From contig CAYZMD010000001.1 in assembly GCA_964479425.1 (NCBI GenBank), forward strand, positions 936 through 64,935: a stretch of 64,000 nt of DNA, written 5' to 3'. Both the position numbers and the translations under genes were made by a program. Under the pieces are notes generated by a model. It ran no database searches and was not told the DNA's origin. It saw only the letters and a list, made by a program, of their open reading frames with translations. Each line of letters starts with the position of its first letter. Position 1 is the first letter of the stretch. Origin of the DNA: an uncultured Methanosarcinales archaeon (lineage in GTDB: Archaea > Nanobdellota > Nanobdellia > Woesearchaeales > CAYSVS01). Below are positions 29,414 to 39,696 of the stretch, piece after piece.

Positions 29414-30810
29414 TCCATCATTTTACGCATCATTGGATGCATATCCATCATGTGTTGCTTTGCAATCTCTTCATATAGCTTATAGATAATCATAACAGCT
29501 AGTAAGATACCCGTTCCAGTTCCAAGTGCATTACTTAAGTCAGCAACAGAAGCTAAAACACCTACAGCAATTCCACCCATTACAGTTAATGGCCAGATAT
29601 ATCTATCAAGTAATCTTTCTAAAACTCTTTGATCTTTTCTAAAACCAGGAATTTGTAGTCCGCTTGACATAATTTGTTTAGCTTGACTTCTAGCGTCCAT
29701 TCCACTTGTTTGTACCCAAAATATGGAGAACACTACAGCTCCGCCCACCATGAATAACATGTAGCTTAATGCGTGCATCATATCTCCAAAAACTAAGGTT
29801 CCTGTGAAAAATTTATTAATAATATTAGGTGCATAAATCCAATATACAAATCCTGAAGCAGGACTTTGTCCTACAAAAGTTCCTAATAATGGATATCCCC
29901 AATTTTGTAATAATCTTGCCCATAATTGAACATTTGCAATAAGTGCAGCAATCAAGATAACTGGAATATTTGAAGTATATAAAAAGTTTAAAGGCCATCT
30001 AATTCCGTGTCCTCTAATTCTTCCAAAGCTTAAAGGAATTTCAATTTTCATACTTTGTGCATAAACAGCTACTGCAAAAACTAATGCTGTTGCTAGTATT
30101 ACTGCTAAAGCAAGGCCCGCTGTTGTTGGGTCTCCTGTTGATAATGAATAAAATAATTCAAATATTTTTCCTACTGGTGCTTCAGATCCAAATGGCCAGC
30201 CTAAAATTCCTGAATTAGTAAAGGGACTTAATAATCTTACAAATATTGTTTCTGAAACTCCTGCTGCAATAAACAAACTAAGTCCAGACCCAAATCCCCA
30301 TTTACTGATAACCTCGTCCATAAACATAATAAGCATTCCACCCAGAATTAATTGAAATATTAATATTAATTGAAGTGTTCCGTATGATGCAGCGCCTATT
30401 GCCGGTGCAAGACCGCCCATATAAACATATATTCCTGCTTCAAATATAATAAAAAAGATTGCTAATAATTTTTGTACTCCTTGAAATTTTTTCTTACCTT
30501 CATGGCTAGTTAAATCCATATTAATGATTCCACTACCGTTTAATAACTGTAATACGATTGAGGCAGTAACAATTGGACCAATTCCTAATGAAATTATACT
30601 TCCAAATTTAGCTCCAAGAATTATTGATAAATATTGAAATCGTGATAATGCGTTTTGTCCTAATCCAAACAAAGGTATTAATCCAAGCACAAAAAATAGT
30701 ACAAGTGTTATTCCTGTCCATTTTAATTTTTCTTTAAATGATAGTTTTCTTTGTTGTGGTCCTGCAACTTCTGGCAGGTTTGATAATAACGAATTCCAAA
30801 ATGACATCAT
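29410..30810 (-). CDS. secY: Preprotein translocase subunit SecY
   Basis: 466 aa. 10-TM layout. GIGPIVTASIVLQLL. Confidence 0.9.
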   Translation of the reverse strand: MMSFWNSLLSNLPEVAGPQQRKLSFKEKLKWTGITLVLFFVLGLIPLFGLGQNALSRFQYLSIILGAKFGSIISLGIGPIVTASIVLQLLNGSGIINMDLTSHEGKKKFQGVQKLLAIFFIIFEAGIYVYMGGLAPAIGAASYGTLQLILIFQLILGGMLIMFMDEVISKWGFGSGLSLFIAAGVSETIFVRLLSPFTNSGILGWPFGSEAPVGKIFELFYSLSTGDPTTAGLALAVILATALVFAVAVYAQSMKIEIPLSFGRIRGHGIRWPLNFLYTSNIPVILIAALIANVQLWARLLQNWGYPLLGTFVGQSPASGFVYWIYAPNIINKFFTGTLVFGDMMHALSYMLFMVGGAVVFSIFWVQTSGMDARSQAKQIMSSGLQIPGFRKDQRVLERLLDRYIWPLTVMGGIAVGVLASVADLSNALGTGTGILLAVMIIYKLYEEIAKQHMMDMHPMMRKMME

Positions 30811-30864
30811 AACACCTCGTTAGTTTCAAGATTCCATTCTTATTTAAAAATGTATCGGTAAGAA

Positions 30865-31317
30865 TTACTCTTTTTTCGGCTCAGGTTTAGCAACTTTTTT
30901 CTCTACAATTAAGCCACCTACAGCCTCAAGTTTTTCTTTAGCTTTAGTAGAATATGTATCAATTTTAATTTTAAAATTTGAAACAGCTTTACCATTACTC
31001 AATAATTTATGATATCCTAATTTTGTTAAATCTAAAATACCATTTTCTTCATTGAATTTTGCTTTGTGAGCTTCAATATACCCGATTGTTATAGTTTTAA
31101 TATCCTGTCTTTTTACTGAGTAAAATCCAGTTTTTCCTTTATATTTTTCACCCTTTTTCCATAATAAACTAGGTTTTTGAGAATCTCCTTTTTTACCGCT
31201 TCCAGCCCTTCCTCTTCCGCCTCTGCTTCCTGCACCTCTATGCTTTTTCATACTACCATAGCCGTGAGTTTTGGTTCCTCTCTGTTTTACATTTTTTTTT
31301 CTTTTATTAACAACCAT
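30865..31317 (-). CDS. rpl15: Ribosomal protein uL15
   Basis: GGRGRAGSGKKG Gly/Arg-rich N-term. Position before secY. Confidence 0.85.
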   Translation of the reverse strand: MVVNKRKKNVKQRGTKTHGYGSMKKHRGAGSRGGRGRAGSGKKGDSQKPSLLWKKGEKYKGKTGFYSVKRQDIKTITIGYIEAHKAKFNEENGILDLTKLGYHKLLSNGKAVSNFKIKIDTYSTKAKEKLEAVGGLIVEKKVAKPEPKKE

Positions 31318-31749
31318 CTAAATCATCTTTTTTACTAAATCGTTCATTTTATCTGCTCTATAACCAAGAGCCCCACCCATAGTATATGGTGTTTTTATTC
31401 CTTTCTTTTCATAACCGCCCTTAGGTGGGTGCATTCTAAATACTGGTTTTATTTTTTTACCATTAATTTCTATATATTTTTTAGAATAATCAATTTTACC
31501 TGATTTATCTTTTAGAGGACCTTTGTATTCTTCTCCTCTTTTTTCCATTAACAATGTATATGTTTCATCATCAATTTCTCCCCATGCAACATAATCTTTT
31601 ACTTTTACTAACATACCTTTCATTGACGGTGTATTTTCAAAAACTGCACAAACATGTTTGTTAAGCAGCTTTAAAACAATTAATGTTTTTCTTATATTTA
31701 CATCAATTCCAATTTGTCCTCTAATTCTTATTGCAGCTAGTTTACTCAT
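31318..31749 (-). CDS. rpl30: Ribosomal protein uL30
   Basis: LAAIRIRGQIGIDVNIRKTL. Confidence 0.85.
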   Translation of the reverse strand: MSKLAAIRIRGQIGIDVNIRKTLIVLKLLNKHVCAVFENTPSMKGMLVKVKDYVAWGEIDDETYTLLMEKRGEEYKGPLKDKSGKIDYSKKYIEINGKKIKPVFRMHPPKGGYEKKGIKTPYTMGGALGYRADKMNDLVKKMI

Positions 31750-32546
31750 TTTTCTTCATCCTTAATTTTTTCTTCAACTTTAATTTTTCCTTCAATTATT
31801 CCGATTTTTTCAATAGCTTCTGGTCTTATTTTTGTAGTCATAAGAGACTTTAAAGCGGCCATACATGCTTTTATTAAATTTATTTTACTTGTTGTTTTTC
31901 CAAAACTTTTACTCCATACATCCTTAACTCCAGCCATACCTACTATTTTTTGAATAACTTTTTCAGCAACTAGACCAGTACCTTTTGGTGCAGGAAATAA
32001 ATGAACTATAACACTTCCACATTTTCCTGTTACTGCAAAAGGAATTGTGTGTGGTTCTCTGCATCCACATTCCCATGAACCGCAGCCTCTTCTAATTTTT
32101 ATAAGATTAAGTTTAGCATTTCTTGTAGATTTCTCTCGTGCAGGAACTGTCTCTTTACTCTTTCCATACCCTGTTCCAACAAGACCATTTTTATTTCCAA
32201 CTAAAGCATAAGTTGCAAACTTAGGTTTGTTACCTTCTCTAGTTTTCTTTTGTGTTTGTTTAAAGACTCTTCTTTGTCCTCCTCCAAACTTACCTTTTGA
32301 TTGTCCAATAAGTAATAATTCAGTATCTAAATCAGGAATCAGAATATCTACAATTTCTGTCTCTGATATGTTAAATCCGCTATCTAAAATAACTTCTATA
32401 TCTGTAATTTCTTTATTTTTAACTTGTTTACCAAGTGATGTTTTAGGTTTCCATTCTTCAGCGTTTAATTTAGGCTTTTCTCTTTTATCTCTACGATTTT
32501 TATCCCCTCTCTGAGGAGTTCTTCTTCTTTTCTTTTCTTCAGCCAT
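31746..32546 (-). CDS. rps5: Ribosomal protein uS5 with K/R-rich N-terminal extension
   Basis: GNKNGLVGTGYGKSKE ... GTGLVAEKVIQKIVGMAGVKDV. Confidence 0.85.
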   Translation of the reverse strand: MAEEKKRRRTPQRGDKNRRDKREKPKLNAEEWKPKTSLGKQVKNKEITDIEVILDSGFNISETEIVDILIPDLDTELLLIGQSKGKFGGGQRRVFKQTQKKTREGNKPKFATYALVGNKNGLVGTGYGKSKETVPAREKSTRNAKLNLIKIRRGCGSWECGCREPHTIPFAVTGKCGSVIVHLFPAPKGTGLVAEKVIQKIVGMAGVKDVWSKSFGKTTSKINLIKACMAALKSLMTTKIRPEAIEKIGIIEGKIKVEEKIKDEEK

Positions 32547-32548
32547 TT

Positions 32549-33115
32549 TTACACCTTTAAAATTTTGGATTTTGCATCTTCAATTTGTTTTGATAAATTT
32601 TCAACTTCAGATTTTGTAAATTGATTTTTGAATTTAGTTGAATCTTCTTTTGAAATTGTTGCAAATTTTTCAATATGTTTTCCGCTAGTTCTTTCGTCTG
32701 ATGGTAGCATCTTTTTATCAACAGTAATTACTAGTCCTGCTTCTAATGCTCCTTTTACAATAGCATACATTTTTGAACCTTTTGCGCTTTTTGTAAATCC
32801 TAAATCCAAAACTGCTTCTTTTATTTCAGCTTTAACGGCTTTTTTTCCTAATAATAAACCCACCAGATAAGCTGTTGGAATATTACTTCTTATTTGCTTT
32901 AAACCATATTTTTCAAGTTCTCTTGAGTGACATGCTGTAACAACCACATCTCCCTCTGGTTGATAATTTATAATTTGAGCAAATATATTAGCAGATGATT
33001 TTCTAACTACTAATCTAGGCTTTCTTGATTTTAATAACCCTAATCTTTTTTTATAGTTGGTCTTATTCTCTCTCTTTCTTCTGAATGCGACTGTATATCT
33101 TTTTGATTGTTTCAT
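32549..33115 (-). CDS. rpl18: Ribosomal protein uL18
   Basis: Conserved order; RLVVRKSSANIFAQII. Confidence 0.8.
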   Translation of the reverse strand: MKQSKRYTVAFRRKRENKTNYKKRLGLLKSRKPRLVVRKSSANIFAQIINYQPEGDVVVTACHSRELEKYGLKQIRSNIPTAYLVGLLLGKKAVKAEIKEAVLDLGFTKSAKGSKMYAIVKGALEAGLVITVDKKMLPSDERTSGKHIEKFATISKEDSTKFKNQFTKSEVENLSKQIEDAKSKILKV

Positions 33116-33561
33116 TTTTTAACCAACTCTTGATCTTCAATATAAAGTTTGATGTGCCTTTTGCTTCTAAAAAATCCACCTTTAGCTTTTCTCATTAGAT
33201 TACTATAAATTTTTTGTTCAATTATTTCTTTTTCTTTTAATAATTTTAAAAATTTTCTTTGAAGTCTTATTTTTATAACCCATAATTCTTTTTTACCAGT
33301 TCTTGCAGTTTTTTTACCTTTCTTTGCTCCTGAACCTTTTTGTCTTCCTTTTCTTTTTTGCTCTTTAGCTTTTCTGGTTCTAGCTTTAGAAATTCCTATT
33401 TTGGGTTTTTCTCTTATTGCACCATCAGAAATTAATCTTCTGATATCTGCTCTTGTGATTGATTCTTTAACTTCTTCCAATCTCTCGGTATCAAACCATA
33501 CTCTGTCAAGACCTATGTCCATTACCTGAGCTGCAAGTCTTCTTTGAATTGTTAGTATCAT
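33112..33561 (-). CDS. rpl19e: Ribosomal protein L19e (eL19)
   Basis: LQRRLAAQVMDIGLDRVWFD. Confidence 0.85.
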   Translation of the reverse strand: MILTIQRRLAAQVMDIGLDRVWFDTERLEEVKESITRADIRRLISDGAIREKPKIGISKARTRKAKEQKRKGRQKGSGAKKGKKTARTGKKELWVIKIRLQRKFLKLLKEKEIIEQKIYSNLMRKAKGGFFRSKRHIKLYIEDQELVKK

Positions 33562-33562
33562 T

Positions 33563-34129
33563 TTATTGTTTAGTTCTTAGCACTTTATCTTTTTCGGCTT
33601 TGTCTTTTTTTTGCTTTTCTTCGTCTGTTAATTCTTCTTTCTTCTCTTCTTTTTTCGGTTTAGCTTCTTTTTTCTTTTCTGTCTTTTTCGCTGTTTTTGA
33701 TTTTTTATTCTCTTTATTTTGCTTTAACTTCTCTTCAATTTCTTTTATGAAAGCATCAGAGTCAGAAAGATTTAAAATTTTAATATTAGCTTCTTTAGCT
33801 TTTTTTACTATCTCAACTTTTTTCCTTATACCTACTGTTCCAGCAATTATAATTCCGTCTTTATCTTTATCGATTGTTGATAATTCTTTAACATTATGAA
33901 CATTTTTAATTATTAATCCAGACTCATGCATTCCTTTTACTTCTGCAGGACTTTTCCAACCAGTACTAACACTTCTACAGTATCCTTTTCTGTGAAGTCT
34001 CATTTTGGATTGTAATCCTTTTGGTCTTCTCCAATTAAAAGAGATTTCTCCTTTTTTGTGAGCATCCTGTCTAATAAAATCGGGTTTTTTAGCTTTCAGC
34101 TTTTTTCTTAATTCTAGTTTTTCTTTCAT
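33563..34129 (-). CDS. rpl32e: Ribosomal protein L32e (eL32) with Lys-rich C-terminal extension
   Basis: FIRQDAHKKGEISFNWRRPKGLQSKMR. Confidence 0.85.
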   Translation of the reverse strand: MKEKLELRKKLKAKKPDFIRQDAHKKGEISFNWRRPKGLQSKMRLHRKGYCRSVSTGWKSPAEVKGMHESGLIIKNVHNVKELSTIDKDKDGIIIAGTVGIRKKVEIVKKAKEANIKILNLSDSDAFIKEIEEKLKQNKENKKSKTAKKTEKKKEAKPKKEEKKEELTDEEKQKKDKAEKDKVLRTKQ

Positions 34130-34674
34130 TTTAACTCTTTACCCGCTTTTTCAGTAATATATATACCGTCTTGAAATATTCTTCTATCAAATCCAGTTCT
34201 TCTTGTTAATTGTTCAATATCTGCAGCCATTTGACCAGCTGTTTCTTTATTAATACTCTCGACGGTGATAATATCTCCCTCTACCTTTACTGTTGATCCA
34301 TCTCTTATTTTTACAACTCTTGGGATTTTTTCACCGAACAGATTTTTAACACTAAATGAATCACCTTTTATAGTTACATTCATTGGAAAGTGCCCTGAAC
34401 ATATTTTTAATTTATATACAAATCCTTCTTCTGCACCTTTAATCATATTTTTTATGTGCGCTACAAAAGTATGAAGTATTTTTTTTTCTTTTTTGTTTGT
34501 TGTTTTACTTTCAGCTTTGATTTTATCTTTTTCAATTATGATAGATATTTGTTTACTTGCCAATCTCTTTTTTATTTCTCCTTTCGGACCTTTCATACTA
34601 AGTTCATAATTATCAAACTTAGCCTCAATGCCTTGTGGCAATTCAATTTCCTTAATCATATTTGTTTTTTCCAT
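34126..34674 (-). CDS. rpl6: Ribosomal protein uL6
   Basis: Order and length (182 aa); duplicated alpha/beta domain pattern. Confidence 0.8.
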   Translation of the reverse strand: MEKTNMIKEIELPQGIEAKFDNYELSMKGPKGEIKKRLASKQISIIIEKDKIKAESKTTNKKEKKILHTFVAHIKNMIKGAEEGFVYKLKICSGHFPMNVTIKGDSFSVKNLFGEKIPRVVKIRDGSTVKVEGDIITVESINKETAGQMAADIEQLTRRTGFDRRIFQDGIYITEKAGKELK

Positions 34675-34675
34675 T

Positions 34676-35068
34676 TTAATAACAGTAAGCTATTAGCCTT
34701 CCACCAATATTTTTCTTTTTTGCTTCTTCGTGTACAAGTAGATCTTGATTTGTTGATATAATTATTATTCCAAATCCTGATGCAGGAAGATATCTTTTCT
34801 CAAATTTTTCATAACCAGTTTTATCAATAGTATATCTTGGCTTGATTGCGCCACATTTATTGATATTTCCTAGTAAGTTTACTTTTAGGTAGTTGCCTTT
34901 AATATCTTTTACTTCTTCATAATCTCCTATGAATCCTTTTTTGTTTAAGATATCTAACACTTTTTTGATAACTTTTGAACTCGGTTTGATAACTACTTCT
35001 TTCTTTCCAATTTTTTCTGCATTCATTATCTTTGATAATGTGTTTGACAAAGGATCGTTTAATGACAT
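34676..35068 (-). CDS. rps8: Ribosomal protein uS8
   Basis: LSNTLSKIMNAEKIGKKEV ... KGFIGDYEEV. Confidence 0.85.
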   Translation of the reverse strand: MSLNDPLSNTLSKIMNAEKIGKKEVVIKPSSKVIKKVLDILNKKGFIGDYEEVKDIKGNYLKVNLLGNINKCGAIKPRYTIDKTGYEKFEKRYLPASGFGIIIISTNQDLLVHEEAKKKNIGGRLIAYCY

Positions 35069-35077
35069 TTTTTAACC

Positions 35078-35308
35078 TCAACCGTATTTCTTGAAACCTA
35101 TGTCAGTTGCAATGTCTCTAAAACATTGTCTGCATAATCCCAATCCATATTTTCTAATGTGTCCTCTAATTCTTCCGCATCTTTTGCATCTTCTTAATGC
35201 AATTCCGCAACTTCTTACTTTTGGACTATTATGTTTGATGAACTTTTTTAGCTTAACAGGTTTAACCTTAAGTTGCTTGAAAACTTTCTTATGATTACTA
35301 TAAGTCAT
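35078..35308 (-). CDS. rps14: Ribosomal protein uS14 (type Z, zinc-binding)
   Basis: [27 protein letters not shown] has a CxxC...CxxC motif. Confidence 0.8.
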   Translation of the reverse strand: MTYSNHKKVFKQLKVKPVKLKKFIKHNSPKVRSCGIALRRCKRCGRIRGHIRKYGLGLCRQCFRDIATDIGFKKYG

Positions 35309-35309
35309 T

Positions 35310-35825
35310 TTATTCCTCAGCTCCTAATTTAACTTTGAAACTTTCTTTCATAAAGTTAATTGCTTCTTCTTTGTTAATCCTGTGTTTTTTACCTATTTTT
35401 TTCTTTTGAATTTTTCTATTTTTAACTCTGAATCCTGGTCTTGATAATGTTACACATACTTCAAAACCCATAATTCCGATTTCAGGATCATATTTAATAT
35501 CTCTTATATCTATATATTCAGTTAAACCAAACGCTAAATTTCCATTATTATCAAATTGTTTTTCTGATATTATAAAATCTTTAGCTTCAATTAATTTCGC
35601 TAATAATTCTTTTGCAGCTTCCTTTCTTAATGTTATTTTACATCCAATAGGGAGTCCTGGTCTTAAATTCCATGCAGGAATTCTTTTGCTTGTAACAGTT
35701 TTTACTGGTGTAATCCCTGTAAGTTTTTTAAATAGTTTAATGCCTTTTTCAAGTCTATTAGCATCTTTACCAGCACCTATGTTTAAGGTAACTTTCTCTA
35801 TCCGGATATTTTTCATGTCATTCAT
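35310..35825 (-). CDS. rpl5: Ribosomal protein uL5
   Basis: [15 protein letters not shown] ... order. Confidence 0.85.
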   Translation of the reverse strand: MNDMKNIRIEKVTLNIGAGKDANRLEKGIKLFKKLTGITPVKTVTSKRIPAWNLRPGLPIGCKITLRKEAAKELLAKLIEAKDFIISEKQFDNNGNLAFGLTEYIDIRDIKYDPEIGIMGFEVCVTLSRPGFRVKNRKIQKKKIGKKHRINKEEAINFMKESFKVKLGAEE

Positions 35826-36514
35826 TTTTCTATTGTTATTACCGCTTTTTCTTCTCCGATAACAAAAGCAAATTTCTTTAAAGTTTCATATACGTCATTT
35901 TCTTTAGTTTTGAATATGATTTTTTTGTTGTCGATTGTTTCAATCTTTCCAACTGAACCGATATGTTTTCCTCCAGTTAAATAAATTAAAGCTCCTTTTT
36001 CCAGTTTTAAGTGTTGAATTATTTTTTGTTTTTCAAACTCGATTACGACGCTATCTCCCACTTTGTAGGTATCTTTCTCAACTAAGATATTTCTTCCGTC
36101 AGTAGTATTAAGTTGTGTTTTTCCTTTAGACAATTTTTTTTGTCTAATTTTACAAACTTTTATTTTTGATTCTTTATCGTCAATTTTTACTGCTGAGATT
36201 TTTCCTTTTTTATTGAATAATAGCCTATGGTTTTCTTTAATTTCTGGTATACTTATAACATCCATTAATCCAACAGGATAAGCAAGATCTTTTCTTCTTT
36301 TTCCGTCGATTAAAACTTCTTTATTATATACTATGTGTTTTACTTCTCTTGTAGTTTTTGCATGTTTAAGTAAATCTCTTAATGCAATTGTTAAAGGAAT
36401 ACTATTTGCTAATTCATGAGCTCCTGGGTTAGGTCTAATTATCCAAATTGCTTCTTTTTTCTTTATTGGCCAGCTTTTTGGCGCGTTTAGTCTTTTTAGA
36501 TGATTTTTAACCAT
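35822..36514 (-). CDS. rps4e: Ribosomal protein S4e (eS4)
   Basis: HLKRLNAPKSWPIKKKE. Confidence 0.85.
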   Translation of the reverse strand: MVKNHLKRLNAPKSWPIKKKEAIWIIRPNPGAHELANSIPLTIALRDLLKHAKTTREVKHIVYNKEVLIDGKRRKDLAYPVGLMDVISIPEIKENHRLLFNKKGKISAVKIDDKESKIKVCKIRQKKLSKGKTQLNTTDGRNILVEKDTYKVGDSVVIEFEKQKIIQHLKLEKGALIYLTGGKHIGSVGKIETIDNKKIIFKTKENDVYETLKKFAFVIGEEKAVITIEK

Positions 36515-36887
36515 TTTTAACCTCTGTTAATCTTTTTTTGTCTTCAAGTTTTAGCTCAGTAATTATTAAATTTGATGGATCAATAGGATATTTTGTTTTA
36601 CTCCCATCTTTTTTTGCAGTTTCAATTCCAGTGATATATGCTTTAAGATCTTTTCTGTCAACTTTTTCAACAGTCCCTGTTTTTCCCTTGAAGTTTCCTC
36701 TTAATATTTCTACTTTATCTCCTGTAATTAAAGTAATGCTTCTTTTATTATATTTTTTAATTAATTCTTTTGATAAATGTGATGAAACTAATTTCTTTTT
36801 AATATGAAGTGGAGCATTATATCTATATTTTCTTTGCTTCCTTGGTTGGATGCTTCTATTCCATGAACTTGAAAATTTTGTTTTCAT
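36507..36887 (-). CDS. rpl24: Ribosomal protein uL24 (KOW)
   Basis: GDKVEILRGNFKGKTGTVEKV. Confidence 0.85.
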   Translation of the reverse strand: MKTKFSSSWNRSIQPRKQRKYRYNAPLHIKKKLVSSHLSKELIKKYNKRSITLITGDKVEILRGNFKGKTGTVEKVDRKDLKAYITGIETAKKDGSKTKYPIDPSNLIITELKLEDKKRLTEVKNG

Positions 36888-36894
36888 TTTTTCC

Positions 36895-37296
36895 TCATAC
36901 TATTATACTTGCAATTTTTGCAATTCCCGGATATCTTTCGCAAGCTTCTTTTGCTATTGGGCCTTTGAAAATTGTTCCTTTTGGGTTTCCTTTCTCGTCT
37001 TTAAGAACAACGGCTGCATTATCTGCAAATTTTATTCTTGTTCCGTCAGGTCTTCTATACTCTTTTTTTTGTCTTACGATGACTGCAAAGACAACTTGTT
37101 TTCTCATATCTGGCTTTCCTTTTTGTACAGAAACCATTATTAAATCGCCAATTCCTGCAGCTGGGACTCTTCTTTTTACAGTTTTATGTCCTTTTACACC
37201 AATAATTTTAACTAATTTAGCTCCACTATTATCGCATGTAGCTACTTTTGAACCAACTAGCAAACTTTTTACAATTCTTGCTTTGATTGGCTTCAT
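36895..37296 (-). CDS. rpl14: Ribosomal protein uL14
   Basis: VATCDNSGAKLVKIIGV. Confidence 0.85.
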   Translation of the reverse strand: MKPIKARIVKSLLVGSKVATCDNSGAKLVKIIGVKGHKTVKRRVPAAGIGDLIMVSVQKGKPDMRKQVVFAVIVRQKKEYRRPDGTRIKFADNAAVVLKDEKGNPKGTIFKGPIAKEACERYPGIAKIASIIV

Positions 37297-37694
37297 TCTT
37301 CTTTTTCCTCTTCTTTTTTCTGAGGTTTAGTAGCATATTTTTCTTCTTTTTCTGCAATTATTTTATGCTCTATTTTTTCAATAATAACAAAGTTTTTTGT
37401 TTTGCTTAATGGTTTACATTCAACAATTTTTACAATATCTCCTTCTTTTGCATTGATGCAAGTTGGATTATGTGCTTTAATCTTTGTTCTTTTTTTCTCA
37501 TATCTTTCATATTTTTGAATATAACTACTTCTTGGCATTTCTATTGTTGCACTTTTTTGCATCTTTGAACTTATTACAGTACCTACTAAAGTGTTAGTTC
37601 TAATTTTAAGCTGTCCGTGGAATGGGCAATATCTATCATCGCACTTCTCTTTAGGCGCTTTCACGTCAATACCAATTGTTTTATTTTTTTTCAT
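37293..37694 (-). CDS. rps17: Ribosomal protein uS17
   Basis: CPFHGQLKIRTNTLVGTV; order. Confidence 0.8.
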   Translation of the reverse strand: MKKNKTIGIDVKAPKEKCDDRYCPFHGQLKIRTNTLVGTVISSKMQKSATIEMPRSSYIQKYERYEKKRTKIKAHNPTCINAKEGDIVKIVECKPLSKTKNFVIIEKIEHKIIAEKEEKYATKPQKKEEEKEE

Positions 37695-37900
37695 TTTTTA
37701 ATCCTTTCTTCTGGTCTTTTTGTTTCCAATTTTATTTTTTTTCCGTTGATTGTGATTGTTGTGTTTTTTTTTAGTAATATTTTTTTGTTGATGTTGATTG
37801 TGTTTTTTGTTTCATCCAAAATTTTACCCTCAATTCCCTCACAACATTTGTTAGGGGAATCAACAACTTTGGCTGTTTTTCCAATCAGTTCTTTTTTCAT
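37691..37900 (-). CDS. rnp1: RNase P protein component 1 (Rpp29/Pop4), short form
   Basis: LIGKTAKVVDSPNKCCEGIEGKILDETKNTI; conserved location between sui1 and rps17. Confidence 0.65.
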   Translation of the reverse strand: MKKELIGKTAKVVDSPNKCCEGIEGKILDETKNTININKKILLKKNTTITINGKKIKLETKRPEERIKK

Positions 37901-38208
37901 ATTCTTATTTTGATTGTCTCTGGAGGAAAGCCCATTTCAATAAGCATATCCTTTACCTTTTGTTTGTGATCGCCTTGAAGTTCAATTTTTCCTTCTTTTG
38001 CTGTTCCACCACAGGCAAATTTTGATTTTAATTTTTTTGCTAAATCTTTTAAATTGATTTCTTTTTGATCAATTCCCGTAATCACAGTGTAAAGTTTTCT
38101 GAACTTCTTTTTTATGATTTTAACGATGATTTCTTGTGTCTCCTTTGCGATTATTTCGCAAACGCAAAGTTCTTGTGGTAATCCACATTGAGTACAAACA
38201 TCTCCCAT
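37897..38208 (-). CDS. sui1: Translation initiation factor aSUI1 (eIF1)
   Basis: CTQCGLPQELCVC zinc-ribbon-like N-term plus LAKKLKSKFACGGTAKEGKIELQGDH SUI1 fold. Confidence 0.8.
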   Translation of the reverse strand: MGDVCTQCGLPQELCVCEIIAKETQEIIVKIIKKKFRKLYTVITGIDQKEINLKDLAKKLKSKFACGGTAKEGKIELQGDHKQKVKDMLIEMGFPPETIKIRI

Positions 38209-38427
38209 TTATTTTTCCTCTTTTTTATTAGCTTTAGGTTCTGCCAATATTGTATGTATTCTAGCAATTGTTTTTTTAATATTTCTTACATTTCCTGGGC
38301 TTTTTGGAATTGTTCCAGTAGCAATTTGAGCATTTTCTTTCATTAATTCCATTTTAAGCTCTTTTATTTTTTTATCTAGGTCAGCGACATCCATACTTCT
38401 TAGTTCTTTTGTTTTTATTTTCGCCAT
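38209..38427 (-). CDS. rpl29: Ribosomal protein uL29
   Basis: ELRSMDVADLDKKIKELKMELMKE. Confidence 0.85.
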   Translation of the reverse strand: MAKIKTKELRSMDVADLDKKIKELKMELMKENAQIATGTIPKSPGNVRNIKKTIARIHTILAEPKANKKEEK

Positions 38428-38429
38428 TT

Positions 38430-39242
38430 TTATTCTTCTTTAGTCTCGGATTTTTCTTCTTCCTTAACTTCTTCTTTTATTTCAGCCTTAGGTTCTTCTT
38501 CCTTCACTATTTCTTCTTTTTTGGTTTCTTCATTTTTATCTGCTATTTTTTTCTTTTTTTCTTTTTTAGGCTTTTTTTCTTCCTTTACTGTTTCTTTTTC
38601 AGAAGTTTCTTCTTTTTTAGTCTCTTTCTTATTATCTTCTAGAACTTCTTCTCTTTTAGTCACTTTGTCAGGAAGTTTAGTGTCTGGTAACATTATTTTT
38701 ACTTTAACGCCAACAACTCCAGTTTTAAGCATAGCTTGCGCTTCTGCAACTTTTACATCTGAAACCGCAACGTCTCCGCATTTTTTTAAATATCCTTTAT
38801 AAAATCGCCATGTTTTAGCTCTTGAACTTGGAACTTTGCCTGATATTAATATCTCTACCCCAAGTGCTCCAGCGTCCATTACATCTTGAATTGATTTATG
38901 ACCAATTCCTTTGAATCTTTGTGTTCCAAATCTTTCGAGTGAACTTATAATTCTTTCAACAACAATTTGTGCATCAAGATTAATATTTTCAACTTCGTTA
39001 ATTTCAATTTGTGGATTTTCAAGACCAAATCTGCTTTTTAATGTTACAGTTAATTTTTTGATATTAGCACCTTTTCTACCGACAACAAGGCCAGGTCTTG
39101 AAGCAAAAACTATTATTTTTTCTCCTAGTGGAGTTCTTTGTAATTTAGTATGTGAATGTCCGACATTTCCAAGAGTTTCACTTATGTATTCTTGTATTTG
39201 GAATTCTTTTAATTTTTGATTAACGAAATTTCTCTCAATCAT
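38430..39242 (-). CDS. rps3: Ribosomal protein uS3 with ~70-aa K/E-rich C-terminal tail
   Basis: KH domain KLKEFQIQEYISETLGNVGHSHTKLQRTPLGEKIIV. Tail KKETKKEETSEKETVKEEKKPKKEKKKK. Confidence 0.85.
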   Translation of the reverse strand: MIERNFVNQKLKEFQIQEYISETLGNVGHSHTKLQRTPLGEKIIVFASRPGLVVGRKGANIKKLTVTLKSRFGLENPQIEINEVENINLDAQIVVERIISSLERFGTQRFKGIGHKSIQDVMDAGALGVEILISGKVPSSRAKTWRFYKGYLKKCGDVAVSDVKVAEAQAMLKTGVVGVKVKIMLPDTKLPDKVTKREEVLEDNKKETKKEETSEKETVKEEKKPKKEKKKKIADKNEETKKEEIVKEEEPKAEIKEEVKEEEKSETKEE

Positions 39243-39694
39243 TTTTTCGCCTCAGGTTTTCTCTCTTCAACTACCATTTCTAGATGTGTGCTTTTCGCTT
39301 TTCTACCATATCTTCTTCCGTGTCTGTATTGAGCCGCAGCTTTTTGTGGAATTATATGTGAAATGTATAAGTCTGCAGTATTTAATCCTTTAAATTGAGC
39401 ATTGCTTTCTAATGATGCAATTAATTTTAAAATTTCACCACACGCTTTCATTGGATATCTACCTGGACCAATTTTTGTTTTATGTCCCATATCCATATTA
39501 AATTTAGTAAATTTAACAGCTCTTTTTTTATCAATAACTTCTGCAAGATATTTTTTAGCGTATGCTATATTTTTATTTCTTATAGCGTTACTTATCATCT
39601 GCGTTTGCTTTATTGAAATAGGCATGTCTCTACCTACAACTCTAGCCATGTGTTCTTTTTTATACTCTTTCATTGAATAATTGTATTGACTCAT
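39239..39694 (-). CDS. rpl22: Ribosomal protein uL22
   Basis: Order; HMARVVGRDMPISIKQTQMI. Confidence 0.8.
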   Translation of the reverse strand: MSQYNYSMKEYKKEHMARVVGRDMPISIKQTQMISNAIRNKNIAYAKKYLAEVIDKKRAVKFTKFNMDMGHKTKIGPGRYPMKACGEILKLIASLESNAQFKGLNTADLYISHIIPQKAAAQYRHGRRYGRKAKSTHLEMVVEERKPEAKK

Positions 39695-39696
39695 TT

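Noticed and set aside
38409-38642. Plus-strand 77-aa poly-Phe/Leu ORF; similar ones at 33549..33899, 34456..34761, 37617..37913 and 38521..38802.
   Set aside because: Antisense translation of K/E-rich (AAG/GAA) tails of ribosomal-protein genes gives F/L/S-rich nonsense ORFs.
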